Shown: positions 1 through 12,400 of the stretch, in pieces
How positions within the stretch are numbered: the stretch's first letter is position 1
Layout of the letters: the number at the start of each line of letters is the position of its first letter
NCBI GenBank assembly: GCA_038087875.1
Contig: JAXLNO010000796.1
Span: 1 to 64,000 of the forward strand
Direction: 5' to 3'
Source: Malacoraja senta
Taxonomy: Eukaryota
Length of the DNA stretch: 64,000 nt
The notes under the pieces: model-generated
The model's input: only the letters and a program-made list of their open reading frames with translations
What the model was told of the DNA's origin: nothing
Database searches by the model: none
Position numbers and translations under genes: made by a program

Positions 1-917
1 GCGCTCAGAGGCGGGCGGGGATTTATTCATGAGCTGAAGCACTGAGGTGAGCGGATATTTCACCGCGCTCTTCACATGCTCCCTGAACTTGGACTGGGTC
101 ACCGCGTAAATAAATGTGTTGGTGCAGCAGCTGAGATTACTCAGCAACGTCCCGACGTTGCTAAAGATATATTGAGAATCATTCCGATTACCTCCAATTC
201 CTGTGATCTGATAATAGACGAAGTCTACAACCGCCGTCAGCCACAGGAGGATGAAGCTGCCGGAGATGGTGAAGAGTAAAACCATAGACCTCCTCCTGCT
301 CTCCATCTCCGGGTCACTGCGGTTCTCCCCCTTGCTCTCACCCCTCAGCCCCTTACGGACCCGACTGGCCACTAAAATGTGGCGGACTGTCAGAGCGTTG
401 AGCATCAGGATTACAGCGAAAGGGAGGAACGGAGTTAAAACCGTGTCGATCCAGTCAAATGCCACCCACCCGGGGTCAGTGAAATAACTGGCCACCGGGT
501 TACAGCCCCACGGGACATTGTCGATGATATGTCTGGATTCCACTGTGAAGTAGCGGGGAATGTTTTTCACACAGAACAGAATGCCGGCTGTTGCCAGAAC
601 CACAGCCGCAGTTTTCCCGGTGCAATATTTAGTTTTCAGCTTCTGGCAACAAATGGCGACAAAGCGATCAAAGGTGAAAGTGACGGTGAACCAGACAGAA
701 CAGTCTGTAGCTGCAAACCTCAGTACTTCGTTAACACTACACACAGGGGTGATGGACAGGAAACTCCAATTAAAGTAATGATGTCGGATCCAATACAAAA
801 TGACCCCGGTGATGAGGACCAGTAGATCAGCCGCTGCCATGGCCACCAGGTAGCGAGTGGTGCAGGTGGAGAGGCCACACTTTCCCCGGGACAGGATCAC
901 AATCGCCACTAAATTCA
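1..917 (-). CDS. GPR139/GPR142-like class A GPCR, exon 2 (TM1 end to C-terminal tail; runs off the window edge without a stop)
   Basis: Manual translation from acceptor tctttccgcAG (918-920) gives 305 open codons: NLVAIVILSRGKCGLSTCTTRYLVAMAAADLLVL...DCSVWFTVTFTFDRFVAICC...TPFLPFAVILMLNALTVRHILVASRVRKGLRG...SCCTNTFIYAVTQSKFRE. Shows the seven-TM pattern and a DRF motif. Not in the ORF track. Confidence 0.92.
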
Positions 918-1384
918 CTGCGGAAAGACAAGGGAACGGACACTGGGCATTTACTCAACACGGTCTCCGGGGCTGAACACCGGCTCGACTTTCAGCTCAA
1001 GATCAGGAGTGTTGGAGTCGGTGCGCGGCTGCTGCAAGTTTAACAATGTCAGAGCCGGCTCCGACTGTGCCCGACCTGCCTGCCTGCTTCAGGGGACAAG
1101 AGATAAGGTGACGGGCAGGTGGGGTAAAGGGCGGGGAGGGAACGAGCAGCCACCCACCCGCTACAATAGGCGTAATGGTCCTTTCTATAGTGAACCCTGC
1201 TGCTGCTCACAGTCTGTGATGGGGCCGCTTTCACAGACTTAACCGTGACCGGCCGGCCCCGTTTAACCAGGGCTCTGGGAACTCGGCATCTGATGGGGAC
1301 GGTGAGGGAGGCTTCCAGAGGGAAGGCAGGGACAACATGGAATCCGGCAGCAGAGTTGCTCCGTTAATGGATTCATTCCACAGT

Positions 1385-1615
1385 GAGTTCAGTAGACAAC
1401 AGGTGCAGGAGGAGGCCATTTGGCCCTTCGAGCCTACACCGCCATTCAATGTGTTCATGGCTGATCATCCCCAATCAGTACCCCGTTCCTGCCTTCTCCC
1501 CATATCCGCTGACTCCGCTATTTTTAAGAGCCCTATCTCCTCTCTTTTGAAAGCATCCGGAGAACCGGCCTCCACCGCCCTCTGAGAGAGAGAATTCCAC
1601 ACTCACCACTCATCA
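1385..1615 (-). mobile_element. CR1/HER1-type LINE 3' fragment
   Basis: Matches the 3' end of the CR1 copy at 15604-15850 (gtgcagga..ggccattcggcccttcgagcct..ccgccattcaat..atggctgatcatcc). Confidence 0.8.
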
Positions 1616-1764
1616 CTCTCAAGCTTCCACTGAGGTTATCCCAATGGCTTCTTGATGCAAACTACTTCACCTATTGCATTATCCCCAAACTCTGCCCTTC
1701 CAGAACCAGGTTAGCATTCAGCACAGATAAGGGAAATTATTCAGAAAGGACTTTACACAAGAGT

Positions 1765-1967
1765 AGACAAAATTGCTGGAGAAACTCAGCGGGTGAGGCA
1801 GCATCTATGGAACGAAGGAAACAGGTAACGTATCGGGCCGAAACCCTTCTTCAGACTGGAAATAGTTACCTATTTCCTTCGCTCCATAGATGCTGCCTCA
1901 CCCGCTGAGTTTCTCCAGCACTTTTGTCTACCTTCGATTTTCCAGCATCTGCAGTTCATTCTTAAAC
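1765..1967. mobile_element. Penelope-derived inverted-repeat (fold-back) element with a 15-bp TSD
   Basis: Arms of about 65 bp (1765-1830 and 1866-1930) are inverted. The element is flanked by the direct repeat ACTTTACACAAGAGT (1750-1764 and 1968-1982). The arm sequence matches the 3' UTR of the GIY-YIG element at 57562-58388. Confidence 0.8.
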
Positions 1968-1984
1968 ACTTTACACAAGAGTGC

Positions 1985-2245
1985 AGCTCGTAGGAGCAGA
2001 ATTAGGCCATTCGGCCCATCATGTCTACTCCGCCATTCAATCATGGCCGATCTATCTTTCCCTCTCAACCCCATTCTCTTGCCTTCTCCCCGTAACCCCC
2101 CGACACCCGCACTAAACAAGAATCTATCACTCTCCGCCTTAAAACTATCCATTGACTTGTCTTCCACCCCCGTCTGCGGCAATGAATTCCAAAGATTCAC
2201 CACCCTCTGTCTAAAGAAATTCCTCCTCATCTCCTTTCTAAAGGT
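1985..2245 (-). mobile_element. CR1/HER1-type LINE 3' fragment
   Basis: The reverse frame gives RNFFRQRVVNLWNSLP...SFKAESDRFL, the CR1 ORF2 C-terminus, followed by the CR1 3' UTR. Confidence 0.85.
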
Positions 2246-2409
2246 AAAGGTAAAGCTGGGGGAAGAACACATTACAATGGCCGCCATATCCAATATCCCT
2301 GATATTCCTCTTTCTTTCCCTCCCCACACAAGGTGCCCTTCACACTTCCCTCCTGAAGCAGAGGCCAATTGTTGCAAATGAGAATCCACCCCTTCTGGTC
2401 CAGACGGTC

Positions 2410-2600
2410 GACGCAGAAAGCGGAGTAACTCAGCGGGACAGGCAGCATCTCTGGAGAGAAGGAATGGGACTGAAGAAGGGTCTTGATCCGAAATGTCACC
2501 CATTCCTTCTCTCCAGAGATGCTGCCCATCCCGCTGAGTTACTCCAGCATTTTGTGTCTATCTTCGATTTAAACCAGCATCTGCAGTTCTTTCCCACACA
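2410..2600 (+). ncRNA. Penelope-derived fold-back repeat with a minimal hammerhead ribozyme core (2470-2498)
   Basis: CTGAAGA (2470-2476), A-GGGT-CTTG-ATCC stem II, GAAA (2490-2493), TG-TC. The core is closed by a long inverted repeat (gcagcatctctggagagaaggaatggg / cccattccttctctccagagatgctgc). Confidence 0.55.
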
Positions 2601-3290
2601 CGAAATCCAGACGGTGCCAGGAATGCAACCTATTATCCCCATGTATGGATGGTGTGGGATATATGTACCAAAGCACAGAGACAGGGGGGGGGGAGTTAGT
2701 CGGGTTAGTTTAGACATACAGCGGCTAATCTCAGCAGACTCAAGATGGTGCAGGTGAAGTAACAACACACACACACACACGCCGGTAGATCCGCGGCCAC
2801 TGGTCCAGGAGATGGATCCAATTATTGACCAACAGGCTGTGGGTGGAATCCGACTGTGACAGACAGACTCCACAGTGAAACACAGGGTCCACAGGAGCGG
2901 GTGTTCACTCTGATCAATAACTCAGACACAGTGAACTTCACAATGTGAACCCCTCTCTCCCAGTCACACCGTCCCAGAGAGCTGCCTGCCTACCTGCCTG
3001 TCCCGAGCACTGGGACAACTCTGGGCAAGGTCCCACTGAAGGCAAGAACAACATTCTAGTGGCTCCCGGCCGGCAGCAGTGAGATAAAAAGAGGGTTAGT
3101 TTCAGTTGTCTGAAAATAAGAAAAATCACAGCAGCGTTAATTCACAAATATTTCACTGAGAGGTTTGATATTCTTCACATATTCTTGTACAACGATCATC
3201 AGTTGGGAACTTGTAACATGATGAGAATCAGGTCAACACCAGTTAACACACGGATGGAGTTATAAAACTTGAATTGTTCTGCTCACTTAC

Positions 3291-3366
3291 CAGGGACTCC
3301 AACGGCAGCAATGATCACGTACAGGATTTTCTGCACACCCAAATATTCATAAAGCTTTTCCCACAT
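3291..3366 (-). CDS. GPR139/GPR142-like GPCR, coding exon 1
   Basis: ATG at 3366-3364 begins MWEKLYEYLGVQKILYVIIAAVGVP plus one G. Donor GTAAGT at 3290-3285. The phase-1 join to exon 2 restores GVP-V-NLVAIVIL (TM1). Confidence 0.88.
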
Positions 3367-4274
3367 TTTCTCTGCCCAGCGACGTGTCCCCGTGAGCTAC
3401 CGGTAATGTCTCGGAATGAAATGCTGGGACAGAACATTCCTCGAGATTTTATACCATTTTCCGTCTCCACCGGGACAGTGAAGTTTCAACAGAGTTTAAT
3501 AATAGAGATGTTGAAATGATTCACAAACAGATGACATCAGCCGAGTGAAATCCCTGCTGAGACAGGTTGTGATTTAATCAGGGAATTGATTGAGAAACTC
3601 CAAAGACTGGGAATTGTGATGATAGATACTGAGGGATGGAAATTGGGAGCGGCGGCATTGTTCCAGCAAAGGGGATATTGTTTCAAACTCCATCAGATCC
3701 AACTCTCCACCTCGTGTTGGTTGTCCGATTTCCTTCAATCCGTTTCACTCAGCAAGGCAATGCCAAATTCCAGGGACCCTCTCAGGGCTTCTGGTGCCCA
3801 GTTTGAAGGTGGACTGGACTGGGCGACCTTTGTCCACAGGTTGAGGAATTGGGGAGGAACGTCTATCCTTGCGTGGATCTCTGGAGCCCAAGTATGGGTG
3901 TTGTGGGCCGAAGGGGCTGGTTTCCAGAGGGATAGTATGGACAATGTGGACTGAATGGATTCTTGGACTTACAGTTCAGTGAAGTCACGACTGGTGGGCT
4001 GGCACTTCAGTCAATTACAGCTGGTGTGGTGGCAGTTCACTCAGTTACCCCTCCTCCCTTCACTCCACAACTGCTCCTTGCCATTCCCCTCCCCCCCACA
4101 CTCACATTCAGTCCATCTCCCCTCAACCTCCCCCCTCCCCCAGGCACTCTTAGTGGCTCTCCGACAGCGCAGGCATTCCTGCCTATTAGGTACCCATTGT
4201 GTTGAAGAACACGCAGACATGGCGAGTGGAAAAATGATTTATGAAAGTTTAAAATGTGAACGAGTCTTAAAACA

Positions 4275-5055
4275 TTGCAAGTCCAACACCACAGCACTCC
4301 AAGCAGAATGCAGGCTGCAAGTCCAACCTCACTCCAAGCAGAGTGGAGGCAGCAAGTCCAACACCACAGCACTCCAAGCAGAGTGCAGGCAGCAAATCCA
4401 ACCTCACTCCAAGCAGAGTGCAGGCAGCAAATCCAACCTCACTCCAAGCAGAGTGCAGGCAGCAAGTCCAACACCACAGCACTCCAAGCAGAGTGCAGGC
4501 AGCAAATCCAACCTCACTCCAAGCAGAGTGGAGGCAGCAAGTCCAACCTCACTCCAAGCAGAGTGCAGGCAGCAAATCCAACCTCACTCCAAGCAGAGTG
4601 CAGGCAGCAAATCCAACCTCACTCCAAGCAGAGTGCAGGCAGCAAGTCCAACCTCACAGCACTCCAAGCAGAGTGGAGGCAGCAAGTCCAACACCACAGC
4701 ACTCCAAGCAGAGTGCAGGCAGCAAATCCAACCTCACTCCAAGCAGAGTGTATGCAGCAAGTCCAACCTCACAGCACACCAAGCAGAGTGGTGGCTGCAA
4801 GTCCAACCTCACAGCACTCCAAGCAGAGTGCAGGCAGCAAATCCAACCTTACAGCACTCCAAGCAGAGTGGTGGCTGCAAATCCAACCTCACAGCTCTCC
4901 AAGCAGAGTGCAGGCAGCAAGTCTAACCAGACAGCAAGCAGAGTGCAGGCGGCAAATTCAACCTCACAGCACTCCAAGCAGAGTGCAGGCAGTAAGTGCA
5001 ACCCCACAGCACTCCAAGCAGGATGCGGGCAGCAACTCCAACCCCACGGCACTCC
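4275..5055. repeat. Minisatellite with 35-bp and 40-bp unit variants
   Basis: Units TCCAACCTC[ACAGC]ACTCCAAGCAGAGTGCAGGCAGCAAR, with and without the 5-bp block. The array runs into the N gap. Confidence 0.92.
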
Positions 5056-5387
5056 NNNNNNNNNNNNNNNNNNNNNNNNNNNNNNNNNNNNNNNNNNNNN
5101 NNNNNNNNNNNNNNNNNNNNNNNNNNNNNNNNNNNNNNNNNNNNNNNNNNNNNNNNNNNNNNNNNNNNNNNNNNNNNNNNNNNNNNNNNNNNNNNNNNNN
5201 NNNNNNNNNNNNNNNNNNNNNNNNNNNNNNNNNNNNNNNNNNNNNNNNNNNNNNNNNNNNNNNNNNNNNNNNNNNNNNNNNNNNNNNNNNNNNNNNNNNN
5301 NNNNNNNNNNNNNNNNNNNNNNNNNNNNNNNNNNNNNNNNNNNNNNNNNNNNNNNNNNNNNNNNNNNNNNNNNNNNNNNNNNNNNNN
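5056..5387. other. Assembly gap (N run)
   Basis: Run of N. Confidence 1.
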
Positions 5388-5895
5388 AATGCCAAATAAC
5401 TTCAGAATGTGGTAAGCAGACTGAATCCTGTTACTAACCATATATTCTATGTAAGTAATTTGAAAATAAGAACACAGATGTGTCTAAACCAAATGATTGA
5501 AATGTTTAAAGCCTTTTTTATTCTAAAACACTCCTCTCGAACTGCTGCTACTGCAAAAACGTGCTTTAAATAACTTTCAACAAACACACACACTCACCAT
5601 ATGTATGGCAGTGAGTTCTCTTGAATTACTCAAATGGTTCAGGGCGGCATCTCCACTTTGGCCCTTCTGCACTGAGCGCCAACTCTGAACTCACCGGAAA
5701 TGATGCAATCAGCACCATCTCTCCACTAAGCGGAACTCACGGAATGAGCGGCAATTTTGCATTGAACACAGTCGTGATCTAATAAAACGTTTATTCGCGG
5801 GTTTTCCTTCCAAAAACGGTTGCACAGCAAGCCACATTTAAAATTCAAGCTACATTTAAAAAGCAAAACACATATTAAAATATAGGCACAGTTTA

Positions 5896-6008
5896 GCGAC
5901 ACAGTCAAAAGGCACACGTTCAATTAGCGGCACAGTCAAAAGGCACACTTTTCAATTAGTGGCACAGTCAAAAGGCACACTTTTCAATTAGCGGCACAGT
6001 CAAAAGGC
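5896..6008. repeat. Short tandem repeat of about 32 bp, about 3.5 copies, inside a probable interspersed repeat (about 5400-6437)
   Basis: GCGGCACAGTCAAAAGGCACACTTTTCAATTA is repeated. Confidence 0.8.
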
Positions 6009-6437
6009 ATGTAAAACATTTATTCCTTCCAAACACAGTTCCAAATAAACCACATAAAAGCACATCAAACCACACTCACAGTTTAGTAGACATGTGTTCA
6101 GTGTTCAGTTTATTCACAGCTCAGACTGAGAGTCGTGACCTCTCCCTCGCAATCTACTAGCGACTGCGGAACGTCCACACTTCCGGGTTTATAGCCCCTC
6201 CCACTCCCAACGGATGGGGCGTGGCCTTCATGGTGTGATTGACAGGAGAGAGAATCTCAACATTTTTAAAACAGTAATAATTCTTTTATTTTTCATCGAT
6301 GGGAAAATTCCTCTGGCCCTGACAGCTGGAGGGGGACTCTGAGTAAGACGGCCAAAAATCCCAGCCGTAAAAGGTAGCGATTTTTCTAAAATCAATATAG
6401 AGTGCAAACAGGAAGTGGTCAAGATTTGACTTTTAAT

Positions 6438-9400
6438 CACTTGCCTTCGCATTTTCAAATCAACCACACTTGCCTTTGCATTTTCAAAACAACCGCACTT
6501 GCCTTTGCATTTCAAAGCAACCGCACATGCCTTTGCATTTTCAAAGTAAACCACCTTTCGCATTTTCAAAGCAAACCACCTTTTGCATTTTCAAAGCAAA
6601 CCATCTATTGCATTTTCAAACCAAATCTTTTTGCATTTTCAAAGCTAACCACCTTTTGCACTTTCAAAGCAAACCACCTTTTGCATTTTCAAAGCAAACC
6701 AACTTTTGCATTTTCAAAGCAAACCACCTTTTGCATGTTCAAAGCAAACCACCTTTTGCATGTTCAAAGCAAACCACCTTTTGCATTTTCAAAGCAAACC
6801 ACCTTTTGCATTTTCAAAGCAAACCACCTTTTGCATTTTCAAAGCGAACCACCTTTTCCATTCTCAAAGCAAACCACCATTTGCATTTTCAAAGCAAACA
6901 ACCTTTTGCATTTTCAAAGCAAACCACCTTTTGCATTTTCAAAGCAAACCACTTTTTGCAATCTCAAACCAATCCTTTTTGTATTTTCAAACCAAACTTT
7001 TTGCATTTTCAAACCAAACCACCATTTGCATTTTCAAACCAAACCAGCATTTGCATTTTTAAACCAAACCACCATTTGCATTTTCAAACCAAACCAGCAT
7101 TTGCATTTTCAAACCAAACCACCATTTTCTTTTTCAAACCAAACCTTCATTTGCACTTTCAAAGCAAACCTTTTGCATTTGCAAAGCAAACCTTTTGCAT
7201 ACTCAAACCAAACCACCATTTGCATTTTCAATGCAATCATTTTGCATTTTCATACCAAATCTTTTGCATTTTCAAACACAACCACCATTTGCATTTTCAA
7301 ACAAAACCACCATTTGCATTTTCAAACCAAACCACCATTTACATTTTCAAACCAATCCACCATTTGCATTTTCAAACCAAACCATCATTTGCATTTTCAA
7401 ACCAAACCACCATTTGCATTTTCAAACCAAACCTCCTTTTACATTTTCAAACCGAACAGCCTTTTGTATTTTCAAAGCAAACCGCCTTTTGCACTTTCAA
7501 AGCAAACCGCCTTTCGCATTTTCAAAGCAAACTGCCTTTTGCATTTTGAAAGCAAACCGCCTTTTGCATTTTGAAAGCAAACCACCTTTTGTATTTTCAA
7601 AGCAAACCACATGTTGCATTTTCAAAGCAAACAACATTTTGCATTTTCAAAGCAAACCACCTTTTGCATTTTGCAAAGCAAACCACCTTTTGTATGAAGC
7701 AAACCACATTTTGCATTTTCACAGCAAACAACTTTTGCATTTTCAAAGCAAAGCACCTTTGGCATTTTCAAAGCAAACCACCATTTGCATTTTCAAAGCG
7801 AACCTTTTGCATTTTCAAATCCATCCTTTTGCATTTTCAAAGCAAACCTTTTGTATTTTCAAAGCAAACCTTTTGCATTATCAAAGCAAAACACCATTTG
7901 CATTTTCAAAGCAAACCACCGTTAGCATTTTTAAAGCAAACCACCGTTTGCATTTTCAAAGCAAATTTGTTTTCCATTTTCGAAGCAAACCGCCATTTGC
8001 CTTTTCGAAGCAGACCGCCATTTGCATTTTCGAAGCAAACCATCTTTTGCATTTGCAAAGCAAACCACCTTTTGCATTTTCAAAGCAAACCACCTTTTGC
8101 ATTTTCAAAGCAAAACATTTTTCGCATTTTCAAAGCAAACCAACTTTTGCATTTTCAACCCAATCCTTTTGCATTTTCAAACCAAACCTTTAGCATTTTC
8201 GAACCAATCCACCATTTGAATTTTCAAACCAAACCAACATTTGCATTTTCAAACCAAACCATCATTTGCATTTTCAAACCAAACCACCATTTGCATTTTC
8301 AAACCAAACCACCGAACCCCCTTTTTCATTTTCAAGCGGAACCACCTTTTGCATTTTCAGGATACTTTTTGCATGTTCGAAGCAAACCTTTTGCATTTTC
8401 AAAGCAAATCTTTGCATTTTCAAAGCAAACCATTTGCATTTTCAAAGCAAACATTTTGCATTTTCAAAGCAAACCACCTTTTGCATTTTCAGACCAAACC
8501 ACCTTTTGCATTTTTAAAGCAAACCACCCTTTGTATTTTCAAAGCAAACCACATTTTGCATTTTCAAAGCATACTACCTTTTGTATTTTCAAAGCAAACC
8601 ACCATTATCATTTGCAAAGTAAACCTTTTGTATTTTCAAAGCAAACCTTTTGCATTTTCAAAGCAAAATACCATTTGCATTTTCAAAGCAATCCACCTTT
8701 AGCATTTTTAAAGCAAACCACCTTTTGCATTTTCAAAGCAAACCACCATTTGCATTTTCAAACAAAACTACCATTTGCATTTTCAAACCAAACCACCATT
8801 TACATTTTCAAACCAATCCACCATTTGCATTTTCAAACCAAACCATCATTTCCATTTTCAAACCAAAGCACAATTTGCATTTTCAAACCAAACCTCCTTT
8901 TACATTTTCAAACCGAACCCCCTTTTGCATTTTCAAACCGAACCTCCTTTTACATTTTCAAAGCAAACATTTTGCATTTTCAAAGTAAACCTTTTGCATT
9001 TTTAAAGCAAACATTTTGCATTTTGAAAACAAACCATTTGCATTTTCAAAGCAAACATTTTGCATTTTCAAAGCACCTTTTGAATTTTCAAAGCAAAGCA
9101 CCTTTTGCATTTTCAAACCAAACCACCTGTTGCACTTTCAAAGCAAACCGCCTTTCGCATTTTCAAAGCAAACAACGTTTTGCATTTTCAAAGCAAACCA
9201 CCTTTTGCATTTTGCAAAGCAAACCAACTTTTGTATGAAGCAAACCACCTTTTGCATTTTCACAGCAAACAACTTCTGCATTTTCAAAGCAAAGCACCTT
9301 TGGCATTTTCAAAGCAAACCACCATTTGCATTTTCAAAGCAAACCTTTTGTATTTTCAAAGCAAACCTTTTGCATTATCAAAGCAAAACACCATTTGCAT

Positions 9401-12400
9401 TTTCAAAGCAAACTACCGTTAGCATTTTTAAAGCAAAGCACCGTTTGCATTTTCAAAGCAAAAATGTTTTCCATTGTCGAAGCAAACCGCCATTTGCCTT
9501 TTCGAAGCAAACCGCCATTTGCATTTTAGAAGCAAACCATCTTTTGCATTTGCAAAGCAAACCACCTTTTGCATTTTCAAAGCAAACCACCTTTTGCATT
9601 TTCAAAGCAAAACATCTTTCGCATTTTCAAAGCAAACCAACTTTTGCATTTTCAACCCAATCCTTTTGCATTTTCAAACCAAAGCTTTAGCATTTTCGAA
9701 CCAATCCACCATTTGCATTTTCAAACCAAACCAGCATTTGCATTTTCAAACCAAACCATCATTTGCATTTTCAAACCAAACCATCATTTCCATTTTCAAA
9801 CCAAACCACCATTTCCATTTTCAAACCAAACCACCATTTGTATTTTCAAACCAAACCACCATTTGCATTTTCAAACCAAACCACCGAACCCCCTTTTTCA
9901 TTTTCAAACGGAACCACCTTTTGCATTTTCAGGATACTTTTTGCATTTTCGAAGCAAACCTTTTGCATTTTCAAAGCAAATCTTTGCATTTTCAAAGCAA
10001 ACCATTTGCATTTTCAAAGCAAACATTTTGCATTTTCAAAGCAAACCACCTTTTGCATTTTCAGACCAAACCACCTTTTGCATTTTTAAAGCAAACCACC
10101 CTTTGTATTTTCAAAGCAAACCGCATTTTGCATTTTCAAAGCATACTACCTTTTGTATTTTCAAAGCAAACCACCATTTGCATTTTCAAAGCAAACCTTT
10201 TGTATTTTCAAAGCAAATCTTTTGCATTTTCAATGCAAAACACCATTTGCATTTTCAAAGCAACCCACCTTTAGCATTTTTAAAGCAAACCACCTTTTGC
10301 ATTTTCAAAGCAAACCACCATTTGCATTTTCAAACAAAACCACCATTTGCATTTTCAAACCAAACCACCATTTACATATTCAAACCAATCCACCATTTGC
10401 ATTTTCAAACCAAACCTTTAGCATTTTCGAACCAATCCACCATTTGCATTTTCAAACCAAACCAGCATTTGCATTTTCAAACCAAACCATCATTTGCATT
10501 TTCAAACCAAACCATCATTTCCATTTTCAAACCAAACCACCATTTGCATTTTCAAACCAAACCACCATTTGCATTTTCAAACCAAACCACCATTTGCATT
10601 TTCAAACCAAACCACCGAACCCCCTTTTTCATTTTCAATCGGAACCACCTTTTGCATTTTCAGGATACTTTTTGCATTTTCGAAGCAAACCTTTTGCATT
10701 TTCAAAGCAAATCTTTGCATTTTCAAAGCAAACCATTTGCATTTTCAAAGCAAACATTTTGCATTTTCAAAGCAAACACCTTTTGCATTTTCAGACCAAA
10801 CCACCTTTTGCATTTTTAAAGCAAACCACCCTTTGTATTTTCAAAGCAAACTGCATTTAGCATTTTCAAAGCATACTACCTTTTGTATTTTCAAAGCCAA
10901 CCACCATTTGCATTTTCAAACCAAACCAGCATTTGCATTTTCAAACCAAACCATCATTTGCATTTTCAAACCAAACCATCATTTCCATTTTCTAACCAAA
11001 CCACCATTTGCATTTTCAAAGCAAACCTTTTGTATTTTCAAAGCAAATCTTTTGCATTTTCAATGCAAAACACCATTTGCATTTTCAAAGCAACCCACCT
11101 TTAGTATTTTTAAAGCAAACCACCTTTTGCATTTTCAAAGCAAACCACCATTTGCATTTTCAAACAAAACCACCATTTGCATTTTCAAACCAAACCACCA
11201 TTTACATATTCAAACCAATCCACCATTTGCATTTTCAAACCAAACCTTTAGCATTTTCGAACCAATCCACCATTTGCATTTTCAAACCAAACCAGCATTT
11301 GCATTTTCAAACCAAACCATCATTTGCATTTTCAAACCAAACCATCATTTCCATTTTCAAACCAAACCACCATTTGCATTTTCAAACCAAACCACCATTT
11401 GCATTTTCAAACCAAACCACCATTTGCATTTTCAAACCAAACCACCGAACCCCCTTTTTCATTTTCAATCGGAACCACCTTTTGCATTTTCAGGATACTT
11501 TTTGCATTTTCGAAGCAAACCTTTTGCATTTTCAAAGTAAATCTTTGCATTTTCAAAGCAAACCATTTGCATTTTCAAAGCAAACATTTTGCATTTTCAA
11601 AGCAAACACCTTTTGCATTTTCAGACCAAACCACCTTTTGCATTTTTAAAGTAAACCACCCTTTGTATTTTCAAAGCAAACTGCATTTTGCATTTTCAAA
11701 GCATACTACCTTTTGTATTTTCAAAGCCAACCACCATTTGCATTTTCAAACCAAACCAGCATTTGCATTTTCAAACCAAACCATCATTTGCATTTTCAAA
11801 CCAAACCATCATTTCCATTTTCTAACCAAACCACCATTTGCATTTTCAAAGCAAACCTTTTGTATTTTCAAAGCAAATCTTTTGCATTTTCAATGCAAAA
11901 CACCATTTGCATTTTCAAAGCAACCCACCTTTAGCATTTTTAAAGCAAACCACCTTTTGCATTTTCAAAGCAAACCACCATTTGCATTTTCAAACAAAAC
12001 CACCATTTGCATTTTCAAACCAAACCACCATTTACATATTCAAACCAATCCACCATTTGCATTTTCAAACCAAACCTTTAGCATTTTCGAACCAATCCAC
12101 CATTTGCATTTTCAAACCAAACCAGCATTTGCATTTTCAAACCAAACCATCATTTGCATTTTCAAACCAAACCATCATTTCCATTTTCAAACCAAACCAC
12201 CATTTGCATTTTCAAACCAAACCACCATTTGCATTTTCAAACCAAACCACCATTTGCATTTTCAAACCAAACCACCGAACCCCCTTTTTCATTTTCAATC
12301 GGAACCACCTTTTGCATTTTCAGGATACTTTTTGCATTTTCGAAGCAAACCTTTTGCATTTTCAAAGCAAATCTTTGCATTTTCAAAGCAAACCATTTGC

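Noticed and set aside
76-825. Four short + strand ORFs
   Set aside because: They are antisense shadows of the GPCR exon on the minus strand.
3955-5437. ORFs of 323-374 aa with QAECRQQ/HSKQS repeats
   Set aside because: These are translations of the 35/40-bp minisatellite, open in all three frames and extended through N bases.
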